Origin: Desulfurococcales archaeon
GTDB taxonomy: Archaea > Thermoproteota > Thermoprotei_A > Sulfolobales > Desulfurococcaceae
Direction: 5' to 3'
Length of the DNA: 64,000 nucleotides
Assembly: GCA_027022365.1 (NCBI GenBank)
Contig: JALVYU010000031.1
Span: forward strand, 64,001 to 128,000
The notes beneath the pieces were generated by a model, which was not told the DNA's origin, ran no database searches, and was given only the letters and a program-made list of their open reading frames with translations. Made by a program: the position numbers and the translations under genes. Shown here piece after piece: positions 28,584-37,414 of the stretch; the stretch's first letter is position 1, and each line of letters opens with the position of its first letter.

Positions 28584-30067
28584 GTGTCTTGTCGATAGCC
28601 AAGGACAAGCCTAAGAGCGAGAAAATCCTAAACATGATCGGGTTCCCGATAGCACTAATAGTGTTCGTCGCCATTCTTCTCATGCCAACGCCTGCAGGCC
28701 TCACGGCCCAGGGTCAACGAGCACTGGCGGTGTTCTGGCTGGCCTTCGTCCTATGGCTGACAACACCCATACCAGTCTGGCTTACATCGATGTTAGCAAT
28801 AGTTCTTCTAGCACTGACTGGTGGATGGGACTACAAGCAAGCATTCTACCAGTTCGGACAAGAAGTCATATGGCTAATGGTCGCCGCATTCATAATCGCG
28901 AGTGCTCTCGAGAGGAGCGGTATTGGTAAAAGAATCGCTTATAGCATGGCATTATGGTTCGGTCGTTCAGCAAAAATGACTCTATTGGGCTTCATAATAC
29001 TAAACATAGTCCTAGCATTCGTTGTCCCAAGCACTACAGCACGTGCAGCCATAGTTTTACCAATAGCTCTTCTCATGGCTCAGGCGTATGGCGCCAAGCC
29101 CGGTGAGAGCAAGTTCGGCAAACTCCTCATGCTACAGCAGCCGATAGCGAACAACCTAGCCACGGCGATGATATTAACAGCTACAGCTCCACAGATAATT
29201 GCATGGGGCTTCATATCGACTCTGGCCGGCGTAGAGGTCCCATGGATCACATGGCTCATTGCTCAGGCACCAATAGTATTGATAACATTATTCCTGATGT
29301 GGCTCGTCGGCCTCAAACTATGGAAGCCTGAGGTCGATAAGCCTCTAGGGGGAATCGATAAGATAAGGGAGGAGCTAAGAAAGCTTGGGCCTATGACCAG
29401 AGAAGAGAAGACAGCGCTAGCGATATTCGCCCTAGTAGTATTCCTATGGGCTACCGACAAGATACAGCCACTCATGTTCTGCGGCCTCAAGATACCTTAT
29501 AGCGTGGCAGCAGTGATAGGTGCGATACTATTGTTCATGCCGAAAATAGGGCCTCTCAAGAGTTGGAAAGACGCCAAGATACCGTGGGACCTAATGGTGT
29601 TCAGTGCCGGAGCATATGCTGTAGGCATGGCGTTAGAGGATACTGGCGCGGCCAAGTGGATGGCCACCGCTCTGATCAACGCCACAGGGCTCTCACAGGG
29701 CGTACACCCGTATGTCGCGTACGTTATCCTAGTAGGCATAATGATGTACAGCCACATAATATTCAGTAGCAAGACGGTTAGAACGGTAATATTTATACCG
29801 TTGTACATCATACTTGCCGAGAGCCTCGGCATACCTCCAGTAATGATAGCGCTGCCTGCTGCATTCACTATTGCCTGGACCATAAGCCTGCCGTTCAACT
29901 GTAAGCCTAACCTAATATACTATGGTACCGGATACTTCAATGTCACAGACGAGTTCCTATACGGTATCATAACGTGTACGATCGGCTATATACTGTACCT
30001 GACGATTGGCTGGGCATGGTTCAACTTCCTAGGAGGAATAGGAATGATACCTGGCTGGACAGGGTGA
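28577..30067 (+). CDS. DASS/SLC13 family sodium-coupled anion symporter
   Basis: Many TM helices; VPSTTARAAI, LTATAPQ, IPWDL, KPN.IYYGTGY; true start may be TTG at 28589. Confidence 0.9.
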   Translation: MKSVLSIAKDKPKSEKILNMIGFPIALIVFVAILLMPTPAGLTAQGQRALAVFWLAFVLWLTTPIPVWLTSMLAIVLLALTGGWDYKQAFYQFGQEVIWLMVAAFIIASALERSGIGKRIAYSMALWFGRSAKMTLLGFIILNIVLAFVVPSTTARAAIVLPIALLMAQAYGAKPGESKFGKLLMLQQPIANNLATAMILTATAPQIIAWGFISTLAGVEVPWITWLIAQAPIVLITLFLMWLVGLKLWKPEVDKPLGGIDKIREELRKLGPMTREEKTALAIFALVVFLWATDKIQPLMFCGLKIPYSVAAVIGAILLFMPKIGPLKSWKDAKIPWDLMVFSAGAYAVGMALEDTGAAKWMATALINATGLSQGVHPYVAYVILVGIMMYSHIIFSSKTVRTVIFIPLYIILAESLGIPPVMIALPAAFTIAWTISLPFNCKPNLIYYGTGYFNVTDEFLYGIITCTIGYILYLTIGWAWFNFLGGIGMIPGWTG

Positions 30068-30073
30068 TAAGCC

Positions 30074-30997
30074 ATGAGGAACCTGATAATAGCCTACATA
30101 CTCCTCGTCGCAGTAATATTCTCGATGATATTGCCCCTGGCATCATCGGGAACAGTGATAAGAGGAGTACTGTATAGGTTCGACGTACAAAAGATCGTTA
30201 AACTAACGCATAGTGGAAAGAGCTATGGAGGAATAGTCTTCTACCTCACCGTAACCTTCAGGATAGCGAACTATACTGATACAAACCTAGTAGTACCGCT
30301 AGGAATACCGTTCGTGACATCCTCCAAGTACAAAGGAGCAGTTGATCCGAAACTCGTGTCATACCAGGTGATCTATGAGGGCAAGAACATAGCGGAGTCA
30401 GCAACATTCATCTACAAACCACTCTCAAGAGTTGAGATTAAGCTATCCAAGCCTATAACAGGGCAGGACTACGCTATTGTAAACATAACAGTACTAGGAA
30501 CAGTAAAGTCGACCTCTAAGCTATATGTGACAAAGGATTATAAGTATTATAAAGACTACAAGCCAGCCTCCAACAAGATCATGGCCCTGGACATCATTAA
30601 CTTCTGGTACAGCACAACATGGTGCACAGACACGATCAATGGAGAGAAGGTCCCCGGTATAAGAGTAGTAGTTCTAGCACCCAAGGGTTGGCAGATACTC
30701 TACGCAAGAACATCATTATCTTCCAAGCTAAGATACATGGACATACACAAGATATATGAGAAGGACGATAGACAAGTAGTAGAGCTATGGTATCTCAGCT
30801 CAAAAACGATCAAGCCTACTAGCTTCAAGCCAGGTTCAGTATTCACTATCGAGATAGGCTTCACACCATTCTCAGACTACCGCAGCCCCGTAACACTAGC
30901 AGTATCAATAATCCTACTGATCCTAGCCGGGTTCTTCGCATGGTACTATAGAGACATATGGAAATACACGACACGCAAGACTAGTCTACAAAAATAA
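30074..30997 (+). CDS. Hypothetical secreted protein with C-terminal membrane anchor
   Basis: Signal peptide, beta-rich ectodomain, C-terminal TM helix with basic tail; 6 nt after the DASS gene. Confidence 0.8.
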   Translation: MRNLIIAYILLVAVIFSMILPLASSGTVIRGVLYRFDVQKIVKLTHSGKSYGGIVFYLTVTFRIANYTDTNLVVPLGIPFVTSSKYKGAVDPKLVSYQVIYEGKNIAESATFIYKPLSRVEIKLSKPITGQDYAIVNITVLGTVKSTSKLYVTKDYKYYKDYKPASNKIMALDIINFWYSTTWCTDTINGEKVPGIRVVVLAPKGWQILYARTSLSSKLRYMDIHKIYEKDDRQVVELWYLSSKTIKPTSFKPGSVFTIEIGFTPFSDYRSPVTLAVSIILLILAGFFAWYYRDIWKYTTRKTSLQK

Positions 30998-31046
30998 TTT
31001 TTTCCTTCATAGAGCACTTTATCACCGCGATGGAGGTGCCTGAGGC

Positions 31047-32348
31047 ACGGAGCTCACATTTCTCGGAGGATACCGTGAACAGGGGCGCTCCTCTCTCCTA
31101 ATATCTACCAGGAGGACAAACGTTCTCTTAGATGCTGGTATTAAGAAGGAGTATAGCGGTAATTACTACGGCGTCCCCCCGTACCTGGACATGGTTGATC
31201 CCGAGAATCTCGACGCGGTATTTGTGTCGCATCTACATGAAGACCATATGGCTATGATCCCCTACCTGGTTAGGAGAGGATATAGTGAACCAATATACAT
31301 GACAAGGCCAACCCGAGAACTAGGCGTCAAACAATGGGTTAAATGGGCAAGGATACTCGAGGAGGATGGACGCAGTCTATACAGCGTAACCGACGCCGTT
31401 AATGCTGAGAGGCTGATCAGGGAGGTAAGGTATGGCGATGTAATAGAAATAGGGGATCTAAGGATCACTATAGGCCTCGCAGGACATGCTCTAGGTTCAG
31501 CCCACTTCCTGGTAGAGGAAAAGAAGGGAAAGAAACTCCTATACCTCGCAGATGTGAATAAGGGATCCCATGTTCTCCGAGACTTTGAAGAACCCAAGAC
31601 CAGACCTGACGCAATGATCATTAATGCTTCTTATGGAGACAATATCATAGACATGGAGGCGACTAAGAGGAAGCTCGCCGAGATACTGGGTCATACTCTC
31701 CTTGAGGGCTCTGTCCTGTTCCCGGTAACTCCGACTGGTAGGGCCCAGGAAACACTTATGATCCTATATAGTATCAGAGATAAGATCAAGGACACAACGA
31801 TAATAGCTACAGAAAAGATCAGGAAAGCCACCGAAACCCTTAACAAATACCAGGGCGAGCTGAAGGAGACATATATGGAACAAATAAGAGAGGTTCTTGA
31901 AGACATTGTCTTTGCTAAGGAGGAGGAAATACTCGAAGCCGCTGGAAAGCCTGGCTACATTATCTTGGCGGAAGACCTCATGATGATGGGGTTCTCCCGC
32001 CGTATATTCATGGAGATAAAGGATGACCCGAGATCAGCGGTCATACACACTGGCTACAAGGCCCCGGGCACGTTCGCAAGACAACTAGTAATGGCTAGGA
32101 ATACAATGTGCTTCACATGGAATAGTGAACCACTAGTCTTTAGAACAAGGGTTTACGACATACCGATCAAGATGCACTTCGATCTGCATGACAACATATC
32201 CCTGGTTGAAAGTATGGGTAGGCCTCTCCTAATCCTCCATCACGGTGAAGAGCCACGTAGCCTGAGATTGGCCCTAGCCCTCTCAAACTATGTGGAACCC
32301 AAGCGTATCCTGCTTCCAAGTACCCCCTCAAAAACATTCTTGGGGTGA
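31047..32348 (+). CDS. MBL-fold beta-CASP family metallo-hydrolase
   Basis: HLHEDH, AGHALGS, GRAQE, TGY.APGT, HHGE. The frame is open upstream of the track's Met (31191) back to ACG at 31047, giving [M]ELTFLGGYREQGRSSLLI...VLLDAG (MBL motif 1). Confidence 0.85.
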   Translation, partial: TELTFLGGYREQGRSSLLISTRRTNVLLDAGIKKEYSGNYYGVPPYLDMVDPENLDAVFVSHLHEDHMAMIPYLVRRGYSEPIYMTRPTRELGVKQWVKWARILEEDGRSLYSVTDAVNAERLIREVRYGDVIEIGDLRITIGLAGHALGSAHFLVEEKKGKKLLYLADVNKGSHVLRDFEEPKTRPDAMIINASYGDNIIDMEATKRKLAEILGHTLLEGSVLFPVTPTGRAQETLMILYSIRDKIKDTTIIATEKIRKATETLNKYQGELKETYMEQIREVLEDIVFAKEEEILEAAGKPGYIILAEDLMMMGFSRRIFMEIKDDPRSAVIHTGYKAPGTFARQLVMARNTMCFTWNSEPLVFRTRVYDIPIKMHFDLHDNISLVESMGRPLLILHHGEEPRSLRLALALSNYVEPKRILLPSTPSKTFLG

Positions 32349-32354
32349 CCTGCT

Positions 32355-33647
32355 TTGCCCAAGCCCAAATGGGAGGCCAAGAAAACATATAGAGCCATAA
32401 TCCTCATCCAGGACGGAGTAGGAGATAGACCTGTCCCAGAGCTAGGCGGCCGCACGCCCCTCGAGGTCGCCCGGAAACCACACATGGACACAATAGCATT
32501 GCTCGGAGCAACCGGCCTCATGGACTTGATTGAACCCGGTGTACGGCCCGGCACCGATACCGGACACCTAGCTTTGTTCGGCTACGACCCATACAAGTAC
32601 TATCCGGGAAGAGGACCGCTCGAGGCCGCTGGTATAGGTGTACCCCTTAGGCCCGGCGATGTCGCGCTGAGATGCAATATAGCAACAGTAGAGGAGAGGA
32701 ATGGAGAACTAATAGTAATTGATAGACGTGCGGGCAGGATCAGGGGCGATCATGTCAAAATACTTGTCGAGGCACTAAACAAGGCGATAAAAGAAGTAGA
32801 TGGTGTGAAGATAGAGTTCTACCCCGCCACCGAACACCGCGTAGTAATGGTTCTCCGCGGAGAAGGCCTTTCACCCAAGATATCTGACAGCGACCCTGGC
32901 ACGGCTATGGAGGGACACCCGATAAGAAAGGTCGTACCCCTCGACGACACCGAGGAGGCCAGGAGAACCGCAGAGATAGTCAATAAGGTGGTAAGACTGG
33001 CACATCAGGTACTCAGAAACCATCCGCTCAACAAGGAGCGCGTTGAGAAGGGCTTGCTCCCCGGCAACGCCATAATAACTCGTGGAGCTGGAATGATTCC
33101 GAGAGACCTGAAGCCATACCACGAGGTATTCAAGACTAAAGCCTATGTCGTTGCCGAGGAGGCAACCATAGTTGGGATCGCGAGGATCCTCGGCATGGAT
33201 GCAGAGATACCGCCCGGCGCCACAGCGACTCTAGATACGGATCTAGACTCAATACTGGAGTCAGCTCTCAAAGCATGGAAGCAGGGCTACGAGATAGTAT
33301 ACATACATGTAAAAGGCCCAGACATAGCCGGGCATGATGCAGACCCTCACGGCAAGATAAAGATAATCGAGAGGACAGACCAGATGCTGGGAAAACTAAT
33401 GAAGCAGATAGACTTGAGAAACACCGTGATAGCCCTAGCAGCAGACCACTCGACACCATGTACAGTGAGAGACCACAGTGGGGATCCAGTTCCAGTAGCA
33501 ATATATGCGCCAACAATACGCAGAGACCACACAAGAAAATACGACGAATACACATGTAGCCAGGGAATGCTGGGAAGAATAAGGGGAACGGATCTCTTAA
33601 AGATAATACTAGACCAGATGAACAAACCCCTAAAATGGGGTGCGTAA
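32355..33647 (+). CDS. apgM: Phosphoglycerate mutase (ApgM) family, paralog 2
   Basis: QDGVGDRP, TPLE, PGTDTGHLALFGY, GRGPLEA, DRRAGRI, KGPDIAGHD, ADHSTP, HSGDPVP. Confidence 0.85.
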   Translation: MPKPKWEAKKTYRAIILIQDGVGDRPVPELGGRTPLEVARKPHMDTIALLGATGLMDLIEPGVRPGTDTGHLALFGYDPYKYYPGRGPLEAAGIGVPLRPGDVALRCNIATVEERNGELIVIDRRAGRIRGDHVKILVEALNKAIKEVDGVKIEFYPATEHRVVMVLRGEGLSPKISDSDPGTAMEGHPIRKVVPLDDTEEARRTAEIVNKVVRLAHQVLRNHPLNKERVEKGLLPGNAIITRGAGMIPRDLKPYHEVFKTKAYVVAEEATIVGIARILGMDAEIPPGATATLDTDLDSILESALKAWKQGYEIVYIHVKGPDIAGHDADPHGKIKIIERTDQMLGKLMKQIDLRNTVIALAADHSTPCTVRDHSGDPVPVAIYAPTIRRDHTRKYDEYTCSQGMLGRIRGTDLLKIILDQMNKPLKWGA

Positions 33648-33777
33648 ATACCATGATTTTTTAACATTTCCAGCCAGATAGTTCGATTCTGCGTGACATT
33701 CTATTTATGTTATATAAAGAACTGGATGTGAGATCAGGCGGGTTCTTTGTCCTATTAGTGTGTTTCTGTGATAATTT

Positions 33778-33816
33778 TGTGCGTTTGCGCAAAATTTAAT
33801 AGTGTGCTATAGCTCA
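33778..33816. promoter_or_regulatory. Two TGTGC-N4-GCNCA palindromes flanking a TTTAATAG TATA-like box
   Basis: TGTGC-GTTT-GCGCA (33778-91, extended by AATTT/AAATT flanks) and TGTGC-TATA-GCTCA (33803-16); TATA-like box at 33795-33802. Confidence 0.65.
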
Positions 33817-33837
33817 AAATACTTATGGGTGATAGAA

Positions 33838-34092
33838 ATGGCCTGGTTCCCTGGTTATGGTTGGAGAGGAGGCTGGGGCTGGAGAAGAGGCTGGAGAGGC
33901 CCATGGCCTGGTAATGGGCCATTCAGCTATCTACCGCCATGGCAGAGACCTGGATGGCTATTTGGAAGAGGATCGTGCTGGTGGCTATTCGGCGGCCCAT
34001 GGGGATACTGGGCTAGGACTTGGTACCCCTACCCAGTACCCTATCCGTATGTCCCTCCAGCATACTACCCGTACTATCCATGGGGATGGTGA
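33838..34092 (+). CDS. Small Trp/Gly/Arg/Pro/Tyr-rich low-complexity protein
   Basis: RBS GGGTGA; MAWFPGYGWRGGWGWRRGWRGPWPGNGPFSYLPPWQRPGW... Confidence 0.75.
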   Translation: MAWFPGYGWRGGWGWRRGWRGPWPGNGPFSYLPPWQRPGWLFGRGSCWWLFGGPWGYWARTWYPYPVPYPYVPPAYYPYYPWGW

Positions 34093-34100
34093 TAGGTACA

Positions 34101-34301
34101 ATGTACTGGTGGTATTACCCACCAGTATACACACCGTACTACATGTATGATCCCATGGCCATGATGGCATACATGATGCAGTGGATGACTATACCATATT
34201 ATTATGCACTATACATGGAGATGTTTAGGGCAACTCTAGATGCATGGAGGAAAGCCATAGAGGCAATATCAGCTAGTATATCGCAGAAAGCAAAACAGTA
34301 A
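34101..34301 (+). CDS. Small Tyr/Met-rich protein
   Basis: RBS GGTGA; MYWWYYPPVYTPYYMYDPMAMMAYMMQWM...; followed by an amphipathic helix. Confidence 0.65.
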   Translation: MYWWYYPPVYTPYYMYDPMAMMAYMMQWMTIPYYYALYMEMFRATLDAWRKAIEAISASISQKAKQ

Positions 34302-34451
34302 TGCTCCGCCAAAAACAACTCATTGCGTAGGCCTCAGACGAAAAGATCTTGTCGTTAAATCATTTTTTATCAAGTAAACATAATGTAATACATGTGTATA
34401 TCAATAAGGACCTATATGATCGGAGATCAAAAACAAGGAGGGAGACCGGCT

Positions 34452-34775
34452 TTGTCCTGGTGGTATAGGTTTATGAGGAGAATGTATTATTGGATGCCGC
34501 CACCCTACCCCATATATCCTGCACCATCACCGACCCCCTACCAACCATACACTAGCCAGCCAAGCGGACAGGCACAGATGCAACAACCAGTAACCCCGCC
34601 ATACATGCCGCCCTATTTCCCCCCGCCACCCTACCCGCTGCGTCCGGAAGACGAGCTAGCAATGCTCGAGGACTATAAAAGGATTCTCGAGGAGGATCTT
34701 AGGGAGATACAGGAGGAGCTCAAGAGTGTAGAGGAAAGGATCAAAGAGCTTAAGAGAATGCTCGGCCGGGAATGA
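34452..34775 (+). CDS. DUF5320-like protein: Pro/Tyr/Gln-rich region plus C-terminal coiled coil
   Basis: RBS GGAGGG before TTG; PEDELAMLEDYKRILEEDLREIQEELKSVEERIKELK. Confidence 0.75.
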   Translation: MSWWYRFMRRMYYWMPPPYPIYPAPSPTPYQPYTSQPSGQAQMQQPVTPPYMPPYFPPPPYPLRPEDELAMLEDYKRILEEDLREIQEELKSVEERIKELKRMLGRE

Positions 34776-34882
34776 TGCAATCATAGATACTACTTTATAT
34801 TCATCAATCTTTTTTAATTGAATAAATGAGAAGAACATAATTTTCTCAAACTATTTCTTTTATGCATTGGTGCGAATAGGAA

Positions 34883-36130
34883 ATGGATAATATTTATGAA
34901 AAACTATACAAGTATGTTGAACCCTTTGAAGCTGTATCGACATTAATAGAAGGGTTTAAAAGGAAGACAATAAGGTTAAGGCCGGAGAAAAGCATAGGTT
35001 ATATTCTCGCGGAGCCTGTTTATGCAGAGATAGATAGGCCTTATGCTAATCTATCTCATGTTGACGGATGGGCTGTTAGATCAATAGATACATTGAGTGC
35101 TTCTTCAGAGAGCCCTGTCAAGCTTAGAGTAAGAGATAATGTGGATTCCCGGAGAGCAGATCAGGTTGAGCTTCGGCCCGGTGAAACTGTTTTAGTAGAG
35201 ACAGGGTTTCCTATACCCGTTAACGCGGATGCAGTCATACCGGTAGAGTCAGCCCGTAAAATCGGAAACAATGTCTACATCTACGCACCGGTAGCCCGAG
35301 GATACAACGTCTTCCCTAGATCCAGTGATTTCAGGAAAGGAGAAAAACTACTAGATAGAGGCACGAGGATCACTTATTATGCCGTGAAATTATTAATGGA
35401 TGCCGGTGTTTGGAGGATAAAGGTCTATGATAAACCTAAAATAGCAGTTTATAGCACGGGCGTCGAGCTCAAAGAAGAACCAGCAATGTCTGGGCAATCC
35501 TACATACCTGACTCATCCAGGCTATTCATAAACCATGTGATCGAAGAACTCGGAGGAAAAATAATCGACACAGCCAATATACCCGATTCTCACGAATCAA
35601 TAGCCGAAGTGGTAGAGGGGATCATGGATGATGCCGACCTCGTGGTAACGATAGGAGGTGTATCCATGGGCCCACGTGATATGACGTGGACAGGGATAAA
35701 GAAAAGGATAAGGTACAGCAGGGTCTTTAGAGGAGTAAAAATGCATCCAGGAAGGTCAACAAGCGGTTTCAAGACAAACACGGCATCTATACTCAATCTT
35801 CCAGGACTACCGCAGTCAACCATAGCCGCGACGATACTAGTACTAGCTCCAGTCATAAGATACATGTCCGGAGCCGAGCCAATAATTGATAAGCCGAAAC
35901 TGTACGCTAAGCTTGCCGAGGACTACCGGAGCGATAAATATCTAGGTTTCTACAGGATGAGATATGTTGAGATCATTAATGGAGAAGCAGTCATATGGGA
36001 AGATAATCCTTCCTATAACGTCTTCACACCACTGAAAAGCAGTGGCATAACAATAATACCCCCAGGTAAAAAACCATTAAAAGGCGAATCGATACCGATC
36101 TATAGACCCAGCTCTATCTATCCCGAGTAA
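34883..36130 (+). CDS. moeA: Molybdopterin molybdotransferase
   Basis: SHVDGWAVRS, TGFPIP.NADAVIPVE, STGVEL, GGVSMGPRD, HPGR, LPGLP. Confidence 0.88.
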   Translation: MDNIYEKLYKYVEPFEAVSTLIEGFKRKTIRLRPEKSIGYILAEPVYAEIDRPYANLSHVDGWAVRSIDTLSASSESPVKLRVRDNVDSRRADQVELRPGETVLVETGFPIPVNADAVIPVESARKIGNNVYIYAPVARGYNVFPRSSDFRKGEKLLDRGTRITYYAVKLLMDAGVWRIKVYDKPKIAVYSTGVELKEEPAMSGQSYIPDSSRLFINHVIEELGGKIIDTANIPDSHESIAEVVEGIMDDADLVVTIGGVSMGPRDMTWTGIKKRIRYSRVFRGVKMHPGRSTSGFKTNTASILNLPGLPQSTIAATILVLAPVIRYMSGAEPIIDKPKLYAKLAEDYRSDKYLGFYRMRYVEIINGEAVIWEDNPSYNVFTPLKSSGITIIPPGKKPLKGESIPIYRPSSIYPE

Positions 36131-36200
36131 ACCTAGACCTCAAAATTAATTAAGTCCCTAAGCACAAGTGTATATCAAAGTAAATTATCCTTGATAGATT

Positions 36201-36689
36201 ATGGAGGAGAACACTTTGAAACTCGGGTTTTTCACAGAACGGCAGATAAAGATCCTATATCTCCGGAATAAAGGACTCTTACTAAGAGATGTTGCGGAGA
36301 TCATGAAGACGAGCTACCAAAACATATCATTGATCGAGAAACGTGTCTACAGGAACGTTAAATTAGCCAAAGACACGATCCTCATATACAAGATCATAAC
36401 ATCGCCTGTAAAGATATTGCTTCCGGTAGGCTCACATCTGGCAGAGATCCCAAGAAAGGTTATACTAGAGTGCGATAAGAAAGGAGTGAAGCTCAAAGCG
36501 GACTTCACGCTCATCTACAAGCTCATAAGGTTTAGGACATCCGAGAACATAAGGGGACAATACATAATCAAGCCCATACTCCTTTTAGTCGATCTCCAGG
36601 GACAACCATACGTCTATGACTACGAGAGTGTAGAACCCTACATTAGGGAGATAGAGAGGATCATAGGAGAAAAGATAATAGAGCAGTAA
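36201..36689 (+). CDS. Tfx family DNA-binding protein
   Basis: FTERQIKILYLRNKG...VAEIMKTSYQNISLIEKR...IPRKVILECDKKGVKL. Confidence 0.85.
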   Translation: MEENTLKLGFFTERQIKILYLRNKGLLLRDVAEIMKTSYQNISLIEKRVYRNVKLAKDTILIYKIITSPVKILLPVGSHLAEIPRKVILECDKKGVKLKADFTLIYKLIRFRTSENIRGQYIIKPILLLVDLQGQPYVYDYESVEPYIREIERIIGEKIIEQ

Positions 36690-36805
36690 AAGCCGTCGGC
36701 CTCCGGCTTCTCCACATCCTCGGACGAGCTTCGGAGACTCCCTTGCTCCCCATTCACAATGAATGATCTATCCTATAGAAAATAATGTTAACGGGAGAAA
36801 TAGAA

Positions 36806-37123
36806 CTATCTGTTACGCCTGGTTTTATAGGTCTTCATGGCCTCAATTACTGCTTTGTAGGGCTGGGAAGCCGCGTCTGTACACTCCCCGGTTGTCAGGC
36901 TCGAGTCCCTACAAACCCTTACCAGACCCTTCTCAATCAGCGTCGAAACTATGTCCTCGATCTCTGGGCAATACATCCCCGTGTAGGTGAGCCTCCAATC
37001 ACAATCCTCGAAACAAGGAGTTAAACCATACTTAAAGGTATACAAGTAGATCAGATTATGGAGAGTTATCCTCGATGGCTTATAGATCTCTATAAGCTCC
37101 AATATTATCTTCGTCTGCAACAT
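36806..37123 (-). CDS. Small hypothetical protein, YwgA/SocA-like winged-helix pattern
   Basis: RITLHNLIYL...F...W...GMYCPEIEDIVSTLIEKGLV; RBS GGAGGG. Confidence 0.55.
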   Translation of the reverse strand: MLQTKIILELIEIYKPSRITLHNLIYLYTFKYGLTPCFEDCDWRLTYTGMYCPEIEDIVSTLIEKGLVRVCRDSSLTTGECTDAASQPYKAVIEAMKTYKTRRNR

Positions 37124-37414
37124 CTATTCCCTCCCTGTATATAGGAGGGTCTAGTCTTAAAAAAGAGGAGCTGGCAAAAATACCTTCTAAAACCTCGGAA
37201 GTAAGAAAAGCGAGAATTAAATATCAACTACTGGTACTGACTATATGATCATATGCTTAGGGTGCATTATGATTTCTTGAATAATTTATTTATATCCTAA
37301 TGGTAGAGTTATACATATGATATGCGAATAGAGCAATATTGTATTATTCATTACTATATTATTCATTGTATCTACGCGGCAATAACGTGACTACATAGTT
37401 GTGGGTGCGGTTTA

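Noticed and set aside
31047-32348. aCPSF1 transcription-termination nuclease
   Set aside because: No N-terminal KH domains, too short, and located in a metabolic operon
36690-36760. GC-rich stretch with hairpin AAGCCG...CGGCTT as an sRNA or mobile-element remnant
   Set aside because: No convincing C/D boxes, terminal repeats or transposase fragment; may be a terminator between convergent genes
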